The position numbers and the translations under genes were made by a program. A DNA stretch of 64,000 nt, taken from the NCBI GenBank assembly GCA_028280485.1, contig JANQLS010000037.1, positions 1,660 through 65,659 on the forward strand. The letters are read 5' to 3'. The notes below the pieces were generated by a model. That model worked only from the letters and a program-made list of their open reading frames with translations, was not told the DNA's origin and ran no database searches. Position 1 is the stretch's first letter, and every line of letters starts with the position of its first letter. Positions 60,074-64,000 of the stretch are shown in pieces. Source of the DNA: Planctomycetota bacterium. Its GTDB lineage: Bacteria > Planctomycetota > UBA8108 > JACQVS01.

Positions 60074-63000
60074 GTTTTGTTTCTTGGAGTCGTCAACAGG
60101 GTTTAATGATGTTGATGGGCTTATTGTACGTATTGATATTACAATCTTCGAGTCAAGCTCAAGAGTACGCCAAGCACGAAGTTCCTCTCGAAATTCCTAA
60201 GCCAGATATCGAAGCTGAACTCAAAGCGTTTAAGTTGGCTGAAGGATTTCAAATTGCACCCTTCGCGATCAATCCTAAGGTTGCGAATCCGGTGAGCATC
60301 ACTTGGGATGAACGAGGACGTATGTGGGTGGGGGGGAGTATGTCTTATCCCCATCTTCGACCGGGGCAAGTCCCGAACGATCGCATCGTTATTCTGGAAG
60401 ATACCGATGGTGATTTTAAGGCGGATAAATCGACAATCTTTGCAGAAGGCCTACTCGTTCCTCACGCTGTTTATCCCACTGATAAAGGAGTCTACGTCTG
60501 TGCTTCAACAGAGTTTTTGCTGCTTAAAGATACAGATGGAGACGATCGCGCGGATGCGGAAGAAGTGATCTTCAGTGGTTTCGGAAATGAAGATGTACAC
60601 CATGTCATTCACACCTTAACTCGCGGCCCGGATGGAAGTTTTTACTTTAATCAGTCTATCAATATCAACAGTCTGATTGAGACTCCCTTTGGGCGTCGAC
60701 GGATGGATGGGAGTGGGATTTGGAAGTACGATCCCTACAGTGGGAGATTAGACTCACACATCACGGGAATTGTTAATCCCTGGGGGCATGTGTTCGATCG
60801 TTGGGGGCAAGAGTTTGCAACCGATGGAGCGGGTGCTCAAGGAATCCACTATATCTTTCCCGGCGCATCTTTATTAACAGCGGTCGGGGCGAAAGATATT
60901 TTGAAGGGCCTGGGAAATCGTCATCCTAAATATTGTGGTTTAGCTATTCTTGACAGCAGTCATCTCCCAGAGAAATGGCAGGGTCGATTCGTTACCAATG
61001 ATTTTCGTGCCAATCGAATCGTCAGTTTCGAAGTAACGGAAGATGGAAGTGGTTATCGGGAGAGTCAAAAGGAAGATTTACTTCGTTCAAGCCACGTTTC
61101 CTTTCGCCCCGTCGAGATTAAGGTGGGACCGGATGGGGCCATTTATGTGGTCGATTGGTACAACCCTATCATCGATCACGGTGAAGTTGATTTTCATCAC
61201 CCAGCCAGGGATAAAAGTCATGGGCGGATTTGGAGGATTTCGGCAATCGATAGGGAACCCGTTCAGTTACTTCCACTTTTAAAACTACCTCATGAGAAAC
61301 TTTACGGACTCCTTGGATCCCCCGATGCCTGGACGCGTCAAACGGTGAGAAGATTGCTTCAGGAAGCTGGAAGACGTGAGGCTCAAGAAAAAAGATTGGT
61401 CAAGCGTGAGAACACAGTTAAGGAATCTGATTTACTAAAGAATCTGATCTTGCGGTCTCATGGGGAGCCTCATTTTCAACTTGAACTCCTATGGGTGGCT
61501 CAGGGAAGAAATGAAAGCAATCTAACGGAATCTGTAAATCACTTAATAAAATCTGAAGATCATCGTGTTCGATCTGCTGTGGTTCGGGTGATTCATGAAG
61601 ATCATTCCCGGATTGATAATGCGATTGATCTTCTTCGTGAGACGATCGAAGATTCTCACCCCCGAGTGAGGTTGGAGTCCTTGAGGGCTTTGGCCGCGAT
61701 CGGAACCCTGGACGCTTCTAGCATAGTTATAGCGGCACCAGAACTTGGTGATCGTTTTATTCGTCATGCCCATCAGCATAGTGTGCGTGAACTTTCTCCG
61801 ATATGGATTCCCGCAAACTCTCATGGCAAGTGGATCCACCAAGCAAAGGAGTTAGTACTCAGTCTATTATTTTTAACCGATTCAGAACTCGCTGCAGCCG
61901 AGGTCTTACGTCAACTAAGGGAAGATTTCATTCAAGGTGAAGATCGATTAAAAGCATTGTCTTTTGTTGCTCGGCGAGGAAATTCAGAAGGGGCCCAGTA
62001 CGTTTTTAATCAACTGGGTGAATCCAAGATTGAAAATCGTGAGAAAGCGAATCTATTAAAGATATTAATCGACTCGACTTTTGCGCGTGGCGTAGCCCCT
62101 GAAACTCATTTAGATCGCTTAAAACCATGGCTCACTTCGAGTGACAGTGCCCTTCAAGAACAAGCGATTCGAGCCTGTGGTTCGTGGGAGGTGATCGCCT
62201 TTAAAGAAGACATTCTTGGGCTTGTAAAACAACAATCGGAAGCCAATTCCGTCTTAGTGGCCGGTTTGAGTTCATTGGCGAGTTTGGGAGAGAGTTCATT
62301 TTTGTCAAAACTCTCTCGAGGAGGTGCTCCTCTTCCCTTGAGATTTGAAGCGACTTTAGCTCTCACTCGTCTGGATATTGAACGTGCTGCCATTGCCGCT
62401 GCTACTTTGTTAACCCAGAATTTACCAAAAAATGATCTTTCTCGTCTCTTGAATGCCTTTCTATATTCTCCCGGGGGGAGTGTGACGTTGGCTGAGAAAC
62501 TTACGAATGTTCCTCTTGAAGAAGATACAGCCAAGCTAGGATTCGAGACCACTCGACTTGCACCTGATCCCAATCCTGAGCTTCTTGCGATTTTTAGAGG
62601 TCAAGGAGGAGCCCCCAAAGATTTTGAGAACTTATCGCCCGAAAGGATGCGAACTCTCGTTGATCGGGTGGCTCGATTGGGAGTAGCTTCTAAAGGTGAG
62701 AAAATTTATCGAAGAGAAAAGTTGGCCTGTTTTACTTGTCACGCCATCGGTGGGGCGGGTGGGTCGGTTGGTCCTGATCTTTCGAGTATCGGTACGACTT
62801 CACCTACGGATTACTTAATTGAATCTCTTCTGGAACCAGAGAAGAAAGTTAAAGAGTATTATCGCAGTAAGTCCTACATTCTTTCCGATGGGCGTCTCTT
62901 GACGGGGATACCCAAATCATCGAATCAGGATGAAACCAAGGTGATGCTCGAAGATGGCAAAGTGGTAACTCTTACGGCAGGGATGATTCTACAAGTCAAT

Positions 63001-63510
63001 GATGCACCTTCTTTGATGCCTAATGGCCTGGTCGATCCTCTTGGGGAAGATGAGTTCCTTCATTTAGTCCGATTCTTGAGTGAGTTGGGGAAGGTGGGAA
63101 CTTATTCTCTTCCAAGCCAATCCTACGTTCGGAAATGGAAAGTTGAAAATCCAAATCCCAATTCGATTTCTAAGAATGAAGTTTCGATTTATGCTACGGT
63201 GAGTGGATATCTTCCTTTGAATGAGTTGAAGAAATATTCAAATAATGAAGGTGAGGTTCATTTATATTTCGAAGTCGACGCCGAGAATAAAGGAACGATC
63301 CAGGTTGCCGTAAATTCTCCGGAAGGAATTTTGAGGTTAGTAAATTCTGGAGGGCAGAAATTGGATCGTATTTCCTCAATTCAAGTATCAGCTGGAAGGC
63401 AAAAGGTTTCATTTAAGTTGAGCTTAGGTGAACGGACAAAAGACCTCAGGTTGGAACTTTTATCTCAAACTCCAAACTCCGTGAGAGCTCAGCTCGTTTC
63501 TGGAATTTAA
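60070..63510 (+). CDS. PVC-type heme-binding CxxCH protein
   Basis: WDERGRMWV, DTDGD repeats, NPWG, FRPVEI, DWYNPII.HGE, CFTCH..VGPDLS..SLMP. Confidence 0.92.
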   Translation: MSFVSWSRQQGLMMLMGLLYVLILQSSSQAQEYAKHEVPLEIPKPDIEAELKAFKLAEGFQIAPFAINPKVANPVSITWDERGRMWVGGSMSYPHLRPGQVPNDRIVILEDTDGDFKADKSTIFAEGLLVPHAVYPTDKGVYVCASTEFLLLKDTDGDDRADAEEVIFSGFGNEDVHHVIHTLTRGPDGSFYFNQSININSLIETPFGRRRMDGSGIWKYDPYSGRLDSHITGIVNPWGHVFDRWGQEFATDGAGAQGIHYIFPGASLLTAVGAKDILKGLGNRHPKYCGLAILDSSHLPEKWQGRFVTNDFRANRIVSFEVTEDGSGYRESQKEDLLRSSHVSFRPVEIKVGPDGAIYVVDWYNPIIDHGEVDFHHPARDKSHGRIWRISAIDREPVQLLPLLKLPHEKLYGLLGSPDAWTRQTVRRLLQEAGRREAQEKRLVKRENTVKESDLLKNLILRSHGEPHFQLELLWVAQGRNESNLTESVNHLIKSEDHRVRSAVVRVIHEDHSRIDNAIDLLRETIEDSHPRVRLESLRALAAIGTLDASSIVIAAPELGDRFIRHAHQHSVRELSPIWIPANSHGKWIHQAKELVLSLLFLTDSELAAAEVLRQLREDFIQGEDRLKALSFVARRGNSEGAQYVFNQLGESKIENREKANLLKILIDSTFARGVAPETHLDRLKPWLTSSDSALQEQAIRACGSWEVIAFKEDILGLVKQQSEANSVLVAGLSSLASLGESSFLSKLSRGGAPLPLRFEATLALTRLDIERAAIAAATLLTQNLPKNDLSRLLNAFLYSPGGSVTLAEKLTNVPLEEDTAKLGFETTRLAPDPNPELLAIFRGQGGAPKDFENLSPERMRTLVDRVARLGVASKGEKIYRREKLACFTCHAIGGAGGSVGPDLSSIGTTSPTDYLIESLLEPEKKVKEYYRSKSYILSDGRLLTGIPKSSNQDETKVMLEDGKVVTLTAGMILQVNDAPSLMPNGLVDPLGEDEFLHLVRFLSELGKVGTYSLPSQSYVRKWKVENPNPNSISKNEVSIYATVSGYLPLNELKKYSNNEGEVHLYFEVDAENKGTIQVAVNSPEGILRLVNSGGQKLDRISSIQVSAGRQKVSFKLSLGERTKDLRLELLSQTPNSVRAQLVSGI

Positions 63511-63521
63511 GGACAATTGCT

Positions 63522-64000
63522 ATGATTCGAATAGTTTTGCTATCTGTTTTGATTGCCGGTTGTTCTTCTCATCCGCGAAGTCATTTGGAGCCTCCTCCTA
63601 TGAAAGTTTCTTGGGAAAAAAACTACCTTACGATTCAAGGTGACCATTTACCTGGGAAGGAGATGAAGATTCATTATTTGGAAGCCTACTGTCGGGCGAA
63701 TTCTCAAACCACTGATTGGGGAAAACACACCGTTATTCCTCATAAGACAGAGTTGGTTTGGGAAAATGAGGAAAGCACTGAGATACGATTGCGTTGTAAA
63801 GTTTCGGATGGGGTAGTGGTAGATCATACAATCACTTCGAAGCACGATGAGATTGACTTTCGATTAGTAGGGAAAAACCTAACCGATAAACGTTCAGAGG
63901 CGCACTGGGCCCAGCCTTGTGTTCGAGTCGGGGCTTTCACTGGTTTGGGGAATCCCAAGAACCCAAGAACGTATGACTATATTAAAAAGTCGTTTATCTT
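63522..64000 (+). CDS. Hypothetical lipoprotein, 3' end outside the window
   Basis: MIRIVLLSVLIAGCSSHP (lipobox IAGC), continuing ..HYLEAYCRANS..; AGGA RBS. Confidence 0.75.
   Translation, partial: MIRIVLLSVLIAGCSSHPRSHLEPPPMKVSWEKNYLTIQGDHLPGKEMKIHYLEAYCRANSQTTDWGKHTVIPHKTELVWENEESTEIRLRCKVSDGVVVDHTITSKHDEIDFRLVGKNLTDKRSEAHWAQPCVRVGAFTGLGNPKNPRTYDYIKKSFI

Noticed and set aside
504-63845. The many 60-155-aa ORFs nested in or antisense to long genes
   Set aside because: Shadow frames of well-supported CDSs with no motifs of their own

Overview
64-kb bacterial chromosomal segment, GC in the mid-40s % by eye. It is very likely Planctomycetota, given a DUF1501 / cytochrome-c-WD40 / DUF1549-DUF1553 cluster, three PVC-type heme-binding CxxCH beta-propeller proteins, dockerin-tagged secreted proteins and NPYxxP membrane proteins. 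It carries about 36 protein genes, two of them truncated at the window edges. I recognised no rRNA, tRNA, CRISPR array, integrase or transposase. Recognisable genes: trmI, a divergent class II aldolase, ytxJ, yjbQ, yhaO/yhaN (Mre11/Rad50-like), a non-canonical ClpX paralogue, an NhaP-type antiporter, an SF1 helicase, phoD and a cupin sugar isomerase. The most unusual signals are mostly non-coding. (1) An iteron-like array of five CCWGG-centred sites spaced 33/22/22/33 bp (28717-28855), followed by an AT-rich tract. (2) A ~300-nt multi-stem leader upstream of the DUF1501 operon. (3) Three copies of a modular multi-hairpin MITE-like element with compensatory base changes and shuffled modules. 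(4) Three further REP/REPIN families; repeat ends overlap several stop codons. (5) A co-oriented secreted CotH kinase and histidine phosphatase, both dockerin-tagged, near a cohesin-dockerin protein. All family calls come from motif recognition by eye; no database search was run.
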